64,000 nucleotides of DNA from an uncultured Pseudomonadota bacterium. Lineage in GTDB: Bacteria; Pseudomonadota; Alphaproteobacteria; RF32; CAG-239. The notes below the pieces were generated by a model. The model had not been told where the DNA came from. It saw only the letters and a program-made list of their open reading frames with translations, and did not search any database. Of this stretch, positions 49,653-60,003 are shown in pieces. Positions within the stretch are counted from its first letter, which is position 1. Each line of letters opens with the position of its first letter. The stretch lies in assembly GCA_949295005.1 (NCBI GenBank), contig CASFJL010000005.1:2589-66588 (forward strand), in the 5' to 3' direction. Position numbers and translations under genes: made by a program.

Positions 49653-51390
49653 CTACACCCAAAATAGGATACGTTTCTTTTTTATTTTCTTCTATTTTGG
49701 TGTTTTGTTCTTGAATGTGGTTGCCTTCTATGCCGTCCAGAAGTGAAATTTCTGCATCTTCTTCTTGATTGAAAATTGGATGACGATTGCTTTCTTCATT
49801 CTTTATACGCTCTTGAATCTCTTTATTTTCAAATTCTTTTTTATCATCCAAATTAAATATTTCTACCCGATTTCGGCCGTTTTCTTTTGCTTTATATAAA
49901 GCCTCGTCCGCTGTTTTTATCAAGGTATCAATATTGTCTGATATTTCATAGGAAGATACACCTATGCTTACCGTAAATTTAACTTCTTTTCCTTCTTCAG
50001 AGTGCACAACCGCCTCTGATATGGTTTCTCTTAATCTATCTGCAACTATTTTTCCTTTTTGTGCATTTACTCCGGATAAGAAAACCACAAACTCTTCTCC
50101 GCCATATCTGGCCACAATATCCACATCTCTTAACGCTCTTTCACAGGTTGATGCCAACTCTATTAAAACTTTGTCTCCTGTTTTGTGACCATATGTATCA
50201 TTAACATTTTTAAAATGGTCGGCATCTATCATCAACACACTAAACGGCTCATTGGTGGATTTTGCTTTGACTATTCTTTTTAAAACCTCTTCTTCAAAAT
50301 AACGCCTGTTATATAAAGAGGTTAAAGGATCTCTTGTGGCCTGATTTTTTAATAAAGCTTCCCTGTTTTTTCTAGATGTGATGTCTTGAAAAGCCATATA
50401 TAATGCTACATCATAATTATAATCTATAATATTGGCTGAAACCAACAACCAAAAAGGTGTGTTGGCATTTGGTGTCTTAACCAACAATTCAAAATCTTGC
50501 ACCACTTTTTCTTTTTCCAGACATTCATTCAGTAGATGTCTGTTCTCTACATCCACAAAAAAGTCTTTTAAATGATAACGCTCCAACTCCGTTGCAGATA
50601 AACCAAAAAGCTTTATGGCGTTGGTGTTTGCTAAAATAATGCTATCATCACTTAATTTTGAAATCATAATCGGGAAAGGAGAAAATTTTATAATTTCTTC
50701 CAATCTTTGATTGTTTTTTTCTATGGTTATGTTGCTTTCATCAAGCTTTTGAGCGAAATAATCCGCTTTTATTAATAGAGTTGAAAAAGACATCAACAAA
50801 TAAAGAATTGATGACAAATACCAAGTCTTATATACCCAATCTGTTATTCCGCCCAATTTCAATAATAAAACTATTGCTGAAGATAAAGATAACAAACCAA
50901 TCAGAACATATCCCAAGCAGTGTTTTTTTCTGATTTGCGCTAAAAAACTAATGGCTAAATAGGCCAAACCAGATAACGGAAAAATATCTCTCATTTGAGC
51001 AATTTTTTCATTATCCGGAAAAACAAATAAAAAGGCTACAATTGCAAATATACCAATTCCGCCAAAAGCATAAACAATTGTATAATCTGCATTTTTTTGT
51101 AACAAAATCTTGGAGGCGGCCAAAACCAAAAGCAACATGGCGGCAAAAGCAAAAACTATTTCAAAGAAAATCCAGATTAAAACACTTCCGCCTTTTGAAT
51201 ATACTTCCAAAGATATATTTCCAATATATGAAGAAAAATAATCAGCAAAAAAAGCTCCAAATATCAACCACAAAACTTTTCCATTTGAATTTCCGATACT
51301 TGTATATATGCAAGTTAAAAAGAAAGCAAAAAGACTCAGATTGATAATTGTCAATTGCCATGATTGTCCAAAAATACTTACGCCGACCAT
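49636..51390 (-). CDS. membrane-bound PAS-GGDEF diguanylate cyclase
   Basis: About 7 N-terminal TM helices, a PAS-like segment, then RDPLTSLYNRR...DADHFKNVNDTYGH..GD...RYGGEEFVVFL. Confidence 0.85.
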   Translation of the reverse strand: MVGVSIFGQSWQLTIINLSLFAFFLTCIYTSIGNSNGKVLWLIFGAFFADYFSSYIGNISLEVYSKGGSVLIWIFFEIVFAFAAMLLLVLAASKILLQKNADYTIVYAFGGIGIFAIVAFLFVFPDNEKIAQMRDIFPLSGLAYLAISFLAQIRKKHCLGYVLIGLLSLSSAIVLLLKLGGITDWVYKTWYLSSILYLLMSFSTLLIKADYFAQKLDESNITIEKNNQRLEEIIKFSPFPIMISKLSDDSIILANTNAIKLFGLSATELERYHLKDFFVDVENRHLLNECLEKEKVVQDFELLVKTPNANTPFWLLVSANIIDYNYDVALYMAFQDITSRKNREALLKNQATRDPLTSLYNRRYFEEEVLKRIVKAKSTNEPFSVLMIDADHFKNVNDTYGHKTGDKVLIELASTCERALRDVDIVARYGGEEFVVFLSGVNAQKGKIVADRLRETISEAVVHSEEGKEVKFTVSIGVSSYEISDNIDTLIKTADEALYKAKENGRNRVEIFNLDDKKEFENKEIQERIKNEESNRHPIFNQEEDAEISLLDGIEGNHIQEQNTKIEENKKETYPILGVDEEDL

Positions 51391-51525
51391 TCTTCACTCC
51401 TTTTAGTTGCTTTTTCATAAGCTAATCCAATTTTGTTAAAATATCTTAAAGTTTTTAATGATGATTAAAATTGATTATTAAAAAAAAATAGAATATTATA
51501 TAAAAAAGTTAGAAAATTAAGGATT

Positions 51526-52692
51526 ATGCTCATGAAACAAAATCTGGCTCAACATTATAGTCTGAATTTTAAACTTGATATTGACAAACTTCCTTGCAAA
51601 CAAGCTGATAGAATGAATTGGCGAATCTTATTTTCTGGAATATTTTTGGGGAGTTTGTTAATACTGCTTGGTTTTTTTGAACTAACCAATTTTTTCTCAT
51701 CAACAGATATGGTTGTTGAAAATAAACTTATTCAAAGCTCATATAATTCTCTTTTATCTCCGTTAATTTTTGATTGGGTTATTATTGCACTTGGAACAGG
51801 TATCATTTTTTCCTTAATTTTCAAACAGCTCTCTTATAAAAAAATTTTTTTTGACGGTAAATATATCACCGTTATCAAACGCTTGGCTTTTGGAAAAAAA
51901 GAAGTTTTAAGAAACAAACTTTCAGATTATGCCGGTGTGTTATTAAGAATCGAATTTGTTCAATGCGGATTTTGGCCAAAAAACAAATTCATTGTTGAAT
52001 TATACCATAAATCCGCCCAAAAAAGCGTGCCTCTTTATATTTCTACATCTGAAAAAAATATTCGTAAAATTTGGGTGGATTATGCTCAAAAACTCAATCT
52101 TCCGACATTGCTTTTTACTGATGAAGGAATCGTTCGTCGCGATGTGGCTGATTTGCATAAATCATTAAAAGAAATGGCGCAAATTTGGCATCTGAAAGAA
52201 AAACTCAATCCTAATCTTAAACATTCTTATAGAATTGCATTGCGTGAAATTCCGGATAAAAAAGTTATAAAATCCAGAAAAATTTTAATAGATGCTCTTG
52301 ATATCTTTGTTGGCTTTTTGTTTTTTAGTTTCATTGGTTTGCTTGGATTTGTTACATTTTATCAAATGTTTTCTGACCATATTTTTTATGGTTTGCTCTT
52401 TTTTAGCCTGTTATTTATTACCTTTTGTCTCTTTGTCTTCTTGCGCAAAGATAAATTGGTGGTAAAAAAAGAAAAAATTGTTAATACGCATAAATATCTG
52501 TTCTTTTCAACCAAGCATCAAGAAATTGCAAAAAACGATATTAATGGCATATATGTTACTCTCAATCCCGTAACACAACGATATTTTTTAACCATAACTT
52601 CTGAAGAAAAAAATATAATATTTGGAAAAAAACTTCCTATTAATGACCTTAAATGGATTAAAAACTATTTAATCTCTGATCTGATTTTGTGA
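51526..52692 (+). CDS. hypothetical polytopic membrane protein (two TM-pair + soluble-module repeats)
   Basis: The ORF has two similar halves, each with a pair of TM helices followed by about 100 aa. No family assigned. Confidence 0.5.
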   Translation: MLMKQNLAQHYSLNFKLDIDKLPCKQADRMNWRILFSGIFLGSLLILLGFFELTNFFSSTDMVVENKLIQSSYNSLLSPLIFDWVIIALGTGIIFSLIFKQLSYKKIFFDGKYITVIKRLAFGKKEVLRNKLSDYAGVLLRIEFVQCGFWPKNKFIVELYHKSAQKSVPLYISTSEKNIRKIWVDYAQKLNLPTLLFTDEGIVRRDVADLHKSLKEMAQIWHLKEKLNPNLKHSYRIALREIPDKKVIKSRKILIDALDIFVGFLFFSFIGLLGFVTFYQMFSDHIFYGLLFFSLLFITFCLFVFLRKDKLVVKKEKIVNTHKYLFFSTKHQEIAKNDINGIYVTLNPVTQRYFLTITSEEKNIIFGKKLPINDLKWIKNYLISDLIL

Positions 52693-52792
52693 CTTTTTTG
52701 AAATTTTATGGTTTAAATGTATTTTTTGCTTTGCTTATATTTGTTTTTGTTTTACAAATATATCCAGTGTTTTATTTTAGGAGATGATATTT

Positions 52793-53470
52793 ATGAAAAA
52801 AAAGCCAACTCCTCAAGAGAGTAATGATTTTGAAGATGCTTTTATTCGCGAAATTGATGAAGATTTAAAAAATGAAAAATTAAAAAGACTTTGGGATAAA
52901 TATGGTCTTTTTATTATACTTTTTGTTACTTTATCTGTTTTTACCGCTGTTAGCTTTGAATCTATAAAAGCTTGGAAAGATAAAAAGAATCAGGAAATTT
53001 CCGATACTTTTGCTTATGCTTTACAACTCCAAAATCAAGGAAAATTTGATGACGCTCATAAAGTTTTGTCTTCTTTGATTGAAAAAGATAACAGTATTTA
53101 TGCTGATATTGCTCAAATGCAATCTGCCAACATTTATTTGCAACAAAATAAAACTGACGATGCTATCAAAGTTTTAGAAAACATTGCCAAACAAGAAAAT
53201 TTTAATCCGCAAATGAAAGATGTTGCTCTCTTAAAATTAGCCTCTTTCAAGCTGGAAAATGCTCCGGCTGAAGAAATTAGAACCATGTTACAGCCTTTAG
53301 TCAGCCAGCAAAACGCTTTTGCAAATAATGCGAAAGAGATTTTGGCTATGCTTGCCATACGAGAAAAAGATTTAACTTTGGCAAAATCTCTTTATCAAGA
53401 AATCAGTATTAGCCCTCAAGCTTCTGAAACTATGAGAAACAGAGCTTTGAATATGTTAAATATTTTATAA
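52793..53470 (+). CDS. YfgM-like TPR membrane protein (ancillary protein upstream of bamB)
   Basis: Single TM after a charged N-terminus, a TPR-like C-domain, and a conserved position upstream of bamB-der. Confidence 0.6.
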   Translation: MKKKPTPQESNDFEDAFIREIDEDLKNEKLKRLWDKYGLFIILFVTLSVFTAVSFESIKAWKDKKNQEISDTFAYALQLQNQGKFDDAHKVLSSLIEKDNSIYADIAQMQSANIYLQQNKTDDAIKVLENIAKQENFNPQMKDVALLKLASFKLENAPAEEIRTMLQPLVSQQNAFANNAKEILAMLAIREKDLTLAKSLYQEISISPQASETMRNRALNMLNIL

Positions 53471-53491
53471 TTTTGTCTGAAAGGAATAGCG

Positions 53492-54811
53492 ATGAAAAAA
53501 CATTTGTTTGCCTTTTGTTCTTGTTTGTGTTTTTTATCTGCTTGCGGAATGTTTGAAAAAGAAAAACTCAATATTGACGGTGAGCGCATTGCTGTTCTGC
53601 AAGAATCAAAAATGTTGGCTCCCGATTTTGAAGAAAATCAAATCAAAATCACTTTGCCTCGCCCATATCTTAATAATTCTTGGAAACAAAACGGCGGAAA
53701 CTCTTTGCATCGGATGGAACATTTGCAAGCCGGAGCTAATCTAAAAAAATTATGGGAAACAAATGTTGGCGTTGGCAGCTCAAAAAGAGATTATCTTTTA
53801 GCTGCTCCCGTGGTTGCTTATAAAGTTGTCTTTTCTATTGATGCCGATGCTCAAGTTCAGGCATCTAGATTAGATAACGGCGAAAAAATTTGGCAAAAGA
53901 CGCTTACTCCGTTAAACCATGATGAATATGAAATCTCTATGAAAGGTGCCGGTCTGGCTGAATTTAACAAAAAGATTTATGCTACAACAGGATTTGGTTC
54001 CGTCTTTGCTTTAGATATGAAAAATGGTCGCGAAATTTGGCGCGTGGACGGCAATTCCCCTATCCGCATTGCTCCCACGGTAGCAAACGGCTTGGTGTTT
54101 GTACAAACCATTGATAATACGCTAAAAGCTCTTGATGCTGAAACAGGAAAAGAAATTTGGAATTATAAAACCGCTACGGAAGCAACAACTTTGGTTGGCG
54201 GCGGTAGCCCCGCTTATGATCCATTCCAAGATGTGGTCGTAGCCGCATTTTCAACCGGTGAATTGAAGGCATTTAAAGCCAGCACAGGTTCTGAATTATG
54301 GTCAACCACTTTAGTCTCTTACAGAAGAAATGATAGCCTTTCTACTATTAACGGAATAAAAGCGAACCCGATTATTGATGGAAGCGTTGTTTTTGCTCTT
54401 GGACACACAAATATTTTAACCGCCATTGATTTAAGAACCGGAAACAGAATTTGGGATAGAGAAATCGGCGGTATTTCTCAGCCGTGGGTCGGTGGAAAAT
54501 ATTTGTTTGTTTTAGACAATAATTTTAATTTGATGGCAATAGAAAAAACTAGCGGCAAAATTGTTTGGAATACTAATATTCCTGTTAACAATAATGAAAA
54601 CACAACAGGTATATTTGCCAAAGGACCTGTTTTGGCAGGAAATCGCTTGTTGATTAGCAGTTCAAACGGCTATGTCTTTGCTGTTTCTCCGTATAATGGA
54701 AAAATTTTGGGATATATCTCTTTGTCTGACGGCATTAATGTTTCTCCTGTAATTGCCAGAGGATTAGTTCTTTTTATGACTGATGAAGCAGATATTATTG
54801 CTTATAAATAA
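53492..54811 (+). CDS. bamB: outer-membrane protein assembly factor BamB (PQQ-like beta-propeller lipoprotein)
   Basis: Lipobox (CFLSAC), repeated (D)G..(I/L)W propeller blades, and synteny with der. Confidence 0.8.
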   Translation: MKKHLFAFCSCLCFLSACGMFEKEKLNIDGERIAVLQESKMLAPDFEENQIKITLPRPYLNNSWKQNGGNSLHRMEHLQAGANLKKLWETNVGVGSSKRDYLLAAPVVAYKVVFSIDADAQVQASRLDNGEKIWQKTLTPLNHDEYEISMKGAGLAEFNKKIYATTGFGSVFALDMKNGREIWRVDGNSPIRIAPTVANGLVFVQTIDNTLKALDAETGKEIWNYKTATEATTLVGGGSPAYDPFQDVVVAAFSTGELKAFKASTGSELWSTTLVSYRRNDSLSTINGIKANPIIDGSVVFALGHTNILTAIDLRTGNRIWDREIGGISQPWVGGKYLFVLDNNFNLMAIEKTSGKIVWNTNIPVNNNENTTGIFAKGPVLAGNRLLISSSNGYVFAVSPYNGKILGYISLSDGINVSPVIARGLVLFMTDEADIIAYK

Positions 54812-54822
54812 AGGATAAATTA

Positions 54823-56223
54823 ATGAGTTTGAAAATTGCCATAATCGGGCGTCCTAATGTTGGAAAATCTACTTTATTTAACAGATTGGTCGGTCGAAAG
54901 GTTGCTATTGTTCATGACAAACCGGGGGTTACACGTGATAGACGTGAAGCTCCGGCCAAATTGCGCAATATGAATCTTTTGATTATTGATACGGCCGGAT
55001 ATGAATATGCAAAAGAAGATTCTATTGAAAAAAGAATGTGGGAGCAAACCAAAAAAGCCATTAATGATGCTGATGTTTGCTTGTTTTTATACGATGCCAG
55101 AGATGGTCTTCAACCTTATGATGAACACTTTGCTCAACTTTTGCGCCAAATGCACAAACCGGTTATTTTGCTGGCCAATAAATGTGAAGGAAAAGTTTTT
55201 GAAGATGGCTTGGGCGAAGCTTATAAACTAGGATTTGGTCAGCCAATTCCGTTTTCTGCCGAGCATAATTTAGGTATGCTTGACTTATATGACGCTTTGT
55301 TGCCTCATTATGAAAAAATTAAAGAAAAGCAAGCCAGTCAAGATTTATCCGCTCCGCTCAATCAAAATGATGACGGCATGGAAGAAATAAGCGAAGAAGC
55401 TTGGAAAAAACGCACCATTCAATTGGCAATTGTTGGCCGCCCGAATGTTGGAAAATCTACTTTAGTTAATGCTCTTCTTAAAGATGACAGAATGCTCACC
55501 GGACCTGAAGCCGGTGTTACCAGAGATGCAATTTCAAATGCGTGGGAATATCAGGGCAGAAAAATTAATTTGGTGGATACAGCCGGTTTGCGTAAACAAG
55601 CTCGAATTGCCGACTCTCTTGAAAAGATGTCTGCCGCAAGCACTAAACGTGCTGCATTTTTGGCACAAGTAGTGGTTTTGGTTTTGGATGCCGATGCTGT
55701 CTTGGATAAGCAAGATTTAACCATTGCACGCCAGGTTTTGGATGAAGGCCGCGCCTTGGTTATTGCGGTTAATAAATGGGATATTGCCAACCGCAAACAA
55801 GCCTTAGAGCAACTCAACTACAAACTTAAGACATCTTTGGCTCAGGCAGAAGGCGTGCCGACCGTTACCGTATCTGCACTTAAATCTGAAGGTTTAGACA
55901 AATTGATGCGTGCCGTATTTAAGGTTTATGACCGCTGGAATATTCGCATCCCGACAGCTCCTTTGAACAAATGGTTTGCAGATGTTTTAGATTCAAACCC
56001 GCCACCGCTTGGTAAAAATAATCGCCGTATTAAATTGCGTTATATTACACAAGCCAAGACCAGACCGCCTGCTTTCTTTATTTTTTCAAGCAATCCGGAA
56101 GGTCTGCCTGACGCTTATTTGCGTTATCTCATCAACAACTTGAGAGAAACTTTTGATATGGGGGGGATTCCTATTCGTATTACGGTACGTAAGGGTAACA
56201 ACCCTTATCAAGATAAAAAATAG
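54823..56223 (+). CDS. der: ribosome-associated GTPase Der (EngA)
   Basis: Two GTPase domains (GRPNVGKST twice, DTAG twice, NKCE/NKWD) plus a KH-like C-terminus. Confidence 0.95.
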   Translation: MSLKIAIIGRPNVGKSTLFNRLVGRKVAIVHDKPGVTRDRREAPAKLRNMNLLIIDTAGYEYAKEDSIEKRMWEQTKKAINDADVCLFLYDARDGLQPYDEHFAQLLRQMHKPVILLANKCEGKVFEDGLGEAYKLGFGQPIPFSAEHNLGMLDLYDALLPHYEKIKEKQASQDLSAPLNQNDDGMEEISEEAWKKRTIQLAIVGRPNVGKSTLVNALLKDDRMLTGPEAGVTRDAISNAWEYQGRKINLVDTAGLRKQARIADSLEKMSAASTKRAAFLAQVVVLVLDADAVLDKQDLTIARQVLDEGRALVIAVNKWDIANRKQALEQLNYKLKTSLAQAEGVPTVTVSALKSEGLDKLMRAVFKVYDRWNIRIPTAPLNKWFADVLDSNPPPLGKNNRRIKLRYITQAKTRPPAFFIFSSNPEGLPDAYLRYLINNLRETFDMGGIPIRITVRKGNNPYQDKK

Positions 56224-56231
56224 ATAAAAAA

Positions 56232-56263
56232 ATATCCTTGAAATTCATCAAGGATATTTTTTT
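56232..56263. terminator. bidirectional terminator between der and pssA
   Basis: ATATCCTTGA / TCAAGGATAT perfect 10-bp stem, 6-nt loop, followed by TTTTTTT. Confidence 0.75.
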
Positions 56264-56270
56264 GTTTGGA

Positions 56271-57050
56271 TTAATTATTTTCTTCAAATTTTTGTTTTTC
56301 TTTCAAGAAAACAATAACTCCGACCGGTATGGAGAGTGCATACAACACTGTCATGATACCTAATGTTAACCATGGTTGAGTGATGATAAAGCTTGCAAAC
56401 AAAGCAACAAACAACATCAACGGAATAAACATATATGTCGGAACTTTAAGTTTTTTAGTTGAAAATGTTGGTATTCTACTGACCATAAGCAAAGATACCA
56501 CACACAAAACAGCCGCACAAAAACCATGAGAACGAACAATGCTCAATTCGGGCATTTCCAAATAAATCATTATAGGCATCATTGCTAAGGCTGCTGCTGC
56601 CGGAGCAGGTACGCCAACAAAAAAGTGAGACCAATATTCCGGTTGCGGTTCATCTTCCAACATAGTGTTAAATCTGGCTAAACGCATAGCCATGCCAATA
56701 CTCATTAACAAGCAGAAAAACCAACCAAATTTTGGCAAATCAAACAATGACCATTGATATAATAAAATTGCCGGAGCAACTCCAAAACTTACAAAATCTG
56801 ATAAAGAATCTAATTCTGCACCAAATTTGGTAGAACCTTTTAACATGCGAGCAACTCTGCCATCCAATCCATCAAAAAATGCCGCAATAAATACGCACAA
56901 AACAGCTTTTACCCAATCTGCCTGAATTGAATAACGTATTGAGGTTACACCCGCACACAATGCTAACATGGTTACAATGTTGGGCGCAATTTTTCTGAAA
57001 GGCAAAGCTGTGAGCTTGTGTCTGATTTTTAATTTTTCTTCATTTTTCAT
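56271..57050 (-). CDS. pssA: CDP-diacylglycerol--serine O-phosphatidyltransferase
   Basis: CDP-alcohol phosphotransferase motif DGLDGRVAR...G.ELDSLSD, polytopic membrane protein. Confidence 0.9.
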   Translation of the reverse strand: MKNEEKLKIRHKLTALPFRKIAPNIVTMLALCAGVTSIRYSIQADWVKAVLCVFIAAFFDGLDGRVARMLKGSTKFGAELDSLSDFVSFGVAPAILLYQWSLFDLPKFGWFFCLLMSIGMAMRLARFNTMLEDEPQPEYWSHFFVGVPAPAAAALAMMPIMIYLEMPELSIVRSHGFCAAVLCVVSLLMVSRIPTFSTKKLKVPTYMFIPLMLFVALFASFIITQPWLTLGIMTVLYALSIPVGVIVFLKEKQKFEENN

Positions 57051-57757
57051 GAGCGTATAACTCCTTTTACTTGCGGCGCATTATTAGTCAAATTAGCAAT
57101 AATACTTTCTCCGGCAACCATTGTTTGTCCAACACAAACTTGAGGTTCAACACCTTCGGGCAAATAAACATCTAAGCGAGAACCAAAACGAATCAAACCA
57201 AAACGCTCTCCGGCTTTGTATTCCATCCCTTCAGCGGCTTCGCATAAAATTCTGCGCGCAATCAAGCCTGCAATTTGAACAAAACAAATTTCTTTTCCAC
57301 TGGTGGTTTTCATAGCCAAAAGCTGACGTTCGTTGTCTTTGCTGGCTTTATCTAATGTTGCATTGAAAAATTTTCCTGGAACATAAACAGATTTTATAAT
57401 TTTTCCTTGTGCGGGAGCTCTGTTGACATGAACATTAAACACGCTCATAAATACACTCACACGCGTAAACTGTTGGTTACCTAATCCAAGTTCTTCCGGT
57501 GCTTTTACTTTTGTAATCATTTGAACAATACCATCCGCCGGAGAGACAACAACATCTTCAATCTCCGGAGTTACTCTGTCTGGATCTCTAAAGAAGTAAA
57601 AACACCATACGGTTAACCCCAAACCAATCCAACCTAATGGCTGCCAGATCATTGCCAATAACGCTGTTATTGCAGCAAAAATACCAACAAATCGCCACCC
57701 TTCATTATTGATATTCGGGAAAATATAGCGACGCCATGAAATATCAATTGTTTTCAT
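57047..57757 (-). CDS. psd: phosphatidylserine decarboxylase proenzyme (short alphaproteobacterial/archaetidyl type)
   Basis: FRDPDR, SPADG and the self-cleavage region RFGSRLDVYLP. Overlaps pssA by 4 nt. Confidence 0.9.
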   Translation of the reverse strand: MKTIDISWRRYIFPNINNEGWRFVGIFAAITALLAMIWQPLGWIGLGLTVWCFYFFRDPDRVTPEIEDVVVSPADGIVQMITKVKAPEELGLGNQQFTRVSVFMSVFNVHVNRAPAQGKIIKSVYVPGKFFNATLDKASKDNERQLLAMKTTSGKEICFVQIAGLIARRILCEAAEGMEYKAGERFGLIRFGSRLDVYLPEGVEPQVCVGQTMVAGESIIANLTNNAPQVKGVIRS

Positions 57758-57889
57758 TTTAATATAATCCTTGTAAAAAGTTATTTATAAAATCTTTTGC
57801 CGGGACGCTGTCTCCTGCCGCAAAAGAGCCGTTTTTAACAACGAACATATTAAATCAAACATATTTTTGCAAAAGACTCAAGTTTTATG

Positions 57890-57918
57890 TTGCATTTATA
57901 AAAAAATCTCTGTATAAA
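57890..57918 (+). promoter_or_regulatory. sigma70-like promoter for tRNA-Leu
   Basis: TTGCAT (57890..57895), a 17-nt spacer, then TATAAA (57913..57918), ending 13 nt before the tRNA 5' end. Confidence 0.45.
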
Positions 57919-57931
57919 AAGACTCGTTGAT

Positions 57932-58018
57932 GCGCTTGTGGCGGAACAGGTAGACGCTGCAGACTTAAAATCTGTTGGGAGCAATCCCGTGCCGGTTCGA
58001 TTCCGGCCTAGCGCACCA
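57932..58018 (+). tRNA. tRNA-Leu (anticodon UAA), long variable arm, CCA encoded
   Basis: GCGCTTGTGGCGGAACAGGTAGACGCTGCAGACTTAAAATCTGTTGGGAGCAATCCCGTGCCGGTTCGATTCCGGCCTAGCGCACCA is collinear with the class II Leu tRNA architecture. There is one U-U mismatch in the acceptor stem. Confidence 0.9.
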
Positions 58019-58050
58019 TTTATTTTGCTTGTAAATCAAGCACTTAGATT

Positions 58051-58089
58051 AAGAGCCATGGCTGAAAAGTTAGGCTCTTTAATTTTTTT
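58051..58089 (+). terminator. possible terminator after tRNA-Leu
   Basis: AAGAGCC / GGCTCTT stem with a 15-nt loop, followed by TAATTTTTTT. Confidence 0.35.
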
Positions 58090-58152
58090 AAATCCTTCAA
58101 AAACAAGTACTTACATTTTTGCTTTACAATAAACAACTTTTGTGTGAGCAAA

Positions 58153-59655
58153 ATGTCTGCAAACTGTATGGCATCTAAAATCCATTTACAGTTGCGAAAC
58201 AAAATTTTCTATTATAGAGTTGAGTTACCAAGAGTTAATAACAAGAGAAGATACAAAATTATCTCTCTTCATACACAAAACTACTTTGAAGCTCAGGAAA
58301 AAATTAAACAGATGATTACACAAGAAGAAAAGTTAATCCGTTTACGCAGGTTGTTTAATAATTTGATATTTGAAACATCAGATACAACCGGCATTGCAAC
58401 TCTTGTTACCAGTTTTTCTAGAAAAAGATTATCCAAACGCAATAAAGTTGAAGATGTAACTGAGTTATACTCTTTATATTGTAGTATGTCTGACGAGATG
58501 AAAAAACTCAGTGAAGAAAACAAAAATTTAATAAATCAGATTAAAAGTCTAGAAAATGTTATTAAAGAATATATTGGCCCATTAAATGTTGCTATGGCAG
58601 AAATTTGTAAACCTAAGCAATCTGTTTCAGAACCGCAAATGCCAAGTTATACAATTGGACAAGTTTTGGATAATATGTTGTTACAAAAATCTGCATCCAA
58701 TACCCAAACATATCAAACAAGAAAAAGACAAACGATTGTTAATTTACTTACAAATGCCGGACTTTCTTTAGATGATGATTACTCAAATTATCATAATGTT
58801 TCAATGATTGAGAAATTATCTAAAAATATCATCAATGATACATCAATTAAAAATGACAGTAAAAAGACGAGAGTTAATTATCTTAAAGAATTGGCTACCT
58901 GCGGACATAATATTAATCCAGACGTTTATAAAAATAACATTCTCAATCTCTTTCCTCAAATTGATAATACAAAGAAAATTGATAAGAATCCGCACAGACC
59001 ATATGAAAAAGATAAATTGCTTGAAATGTTTAATCCAAAGCATGACTATTTTCAAAAGAATCCGGATGCATTTTGGGCTTGTATGATTTCTTTGTTTACC
59101 GGTGCCAGAATGAATGCAGCTATTACCTTACAATATAAAGATATTCTTGTAAAAGATGGTATTCCTTGTATTCAGTTTTGTTCAGACCATAAAATCAAAC
59201 AACTTAAAAACGAAGCATCCGAGCGTTTTGTTCCTATTCATCAACAATTATTAGATTTAGGTTTTGTTGGTTACATAAATAGGCAAAAGACAAGATTAAA
59301 AGCGAAAGATACGGATTTTATTATTAAGAAATGTCAAACCAAGAGCGGAGAATACAATAATAAATTCTTTACGCGTGAGTTATCTCCGTTTTTTATGGAA
59401 ATTAAAGTTAAAACCGGTAATAACGATGGCTTTGATTTTCACTCTTTTAGAAAAAATCTTAGTATCGCTTTGCAAGATAGCGGTGTTGGTGCGACTTATA
59501 TTAACGATATCATTGGTTGGGAAGGCAAGACAACCATGGAACAATCTTATTCCAACCATACACTTGCACAAATTAAAGCTGAAATGCATAAATTTAGCTA
59601 TGACTTCCTTAAACCATCTTTTGCAAAATGGAAAACCATCATGGCAAAGAAGTAA
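58153..59655 (+). CDS. tyrosine recombinase / phage-type integrase
   Basis: N-terminal arm-type segment (LQLRNKIFYYRVELP). Catalytic residues are in order: TGARMNA (Arg), HSFRKN (His-x-x-Arg), GWEG and EQSY (Tyr). Start uncertain (GTG 58144, ATG 58153 or ATG 58168). Confidence 0.85.
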   Translation: MSANCMASKIHLQLRNKIFYYRVELPRVNNKRRYKIISLHTQNYFEAQEKIKQMITQEEKLIRLRRLFNNLIFETSDTTGIATLVTSFSRKRLSKRNKVEDVTELYSLYCSMSDEMKKLSEENKNLINQIKSLENVIKEYIGPLNVAMAEICKPKQSVSEPQMPSYTIGQVLDNMLLQKSASNTQTYQTRKRQTIVNLLTNAGLSLDDDYSNYHNVSMIEKLSKNIINDTSIKNDSKKTRVNYLKELATCGHNINPDVYKNNILNLFPQIDNTKKIDKNPHRPYEKDKLLEMFNPKHDYFQKNPDAFWACMISLFTGARMNAAITLQYKDILVKDGIPCIQFCSDHKIKQLKNEASERFVPIHQQLLDLGFVGYINRQKTRLKAKDTDFIIKKCQTKSGEYNNKFFTRELSPFFMEIKVKTGNNDGFDFHSFRKNLSIALQDSGVGATYINDIIGWEGKTTMEQSYSNHTLAQIKAEMHKFSYDFLKPSFAKWKTIMAKK

Positions 59656-59789
59656 AGTTACACACAGGTTGAGTTTTTAGCACTCCGATTTGATGAATAA
59701 CACGACAATATAAATGTGAGAGTTCATCAATCATGTAGTATTAAATGAATGAGAGATGAAGATTTATGTCTTTGTCTCTTTATTTTAAT

Positions 59790-59945
59790 ATCGGGTAGCC
59801 ATATCCATACCGGAATATCGCGGTAGGCGTATCCATTATGGGACTGGCTATATGGCGAGATATATACGGTATCCCATACCGGTATATTCTATATTTTAGG
59901 TTAAGCCGTATATAGGTGGGTAAAAAATCACTTACGCGTAGTGAA
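59790..59945. repeat. GC-elevated cluster of direct and inverted repeats in an ORF-free region
   Basis: TATCCATACCGGAATAT (59802..59818) and TATCCCATACCGGTATAT (59870..59887) are direct repeats. GCCATAT (59798..59804) pairs with ATATGGC (59850..59856), and ATATACGG (59862..59869) pairs with CCGTATAT (59906..59913). ATACCGGTAT is a palindrome, and there is a TCACT-TACGCGT-AGTGA hairpin (59928..59944). Confidence 0.6.
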
Positions 59946-59972
59946 TTTTTAGGAGTGTCTGTTTCAGTAATA

Positions 59973-60003
59973 TTTTAACTTCTGCAAATTTTTACAAAAG
60001 TTG
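59973..60003 (+). repeat. 31-bp dispersed repeat, copy A
   Basis: TTTTAACTTCTGCAAATTTTTACAAAAGTTG matches copy B at 26/31 positions without gaps. Confidence 0.7.

Noticed and set aside
57938-58132. ORF-track CDS (64 aa, MAEQVDAADLKSVG...) downstream of psd
   Set aside because: It starts on GTG inside tRNA-Leu and simply translates the tRNA and its terminator region. The tRNA cloverleaf explains the sequence.
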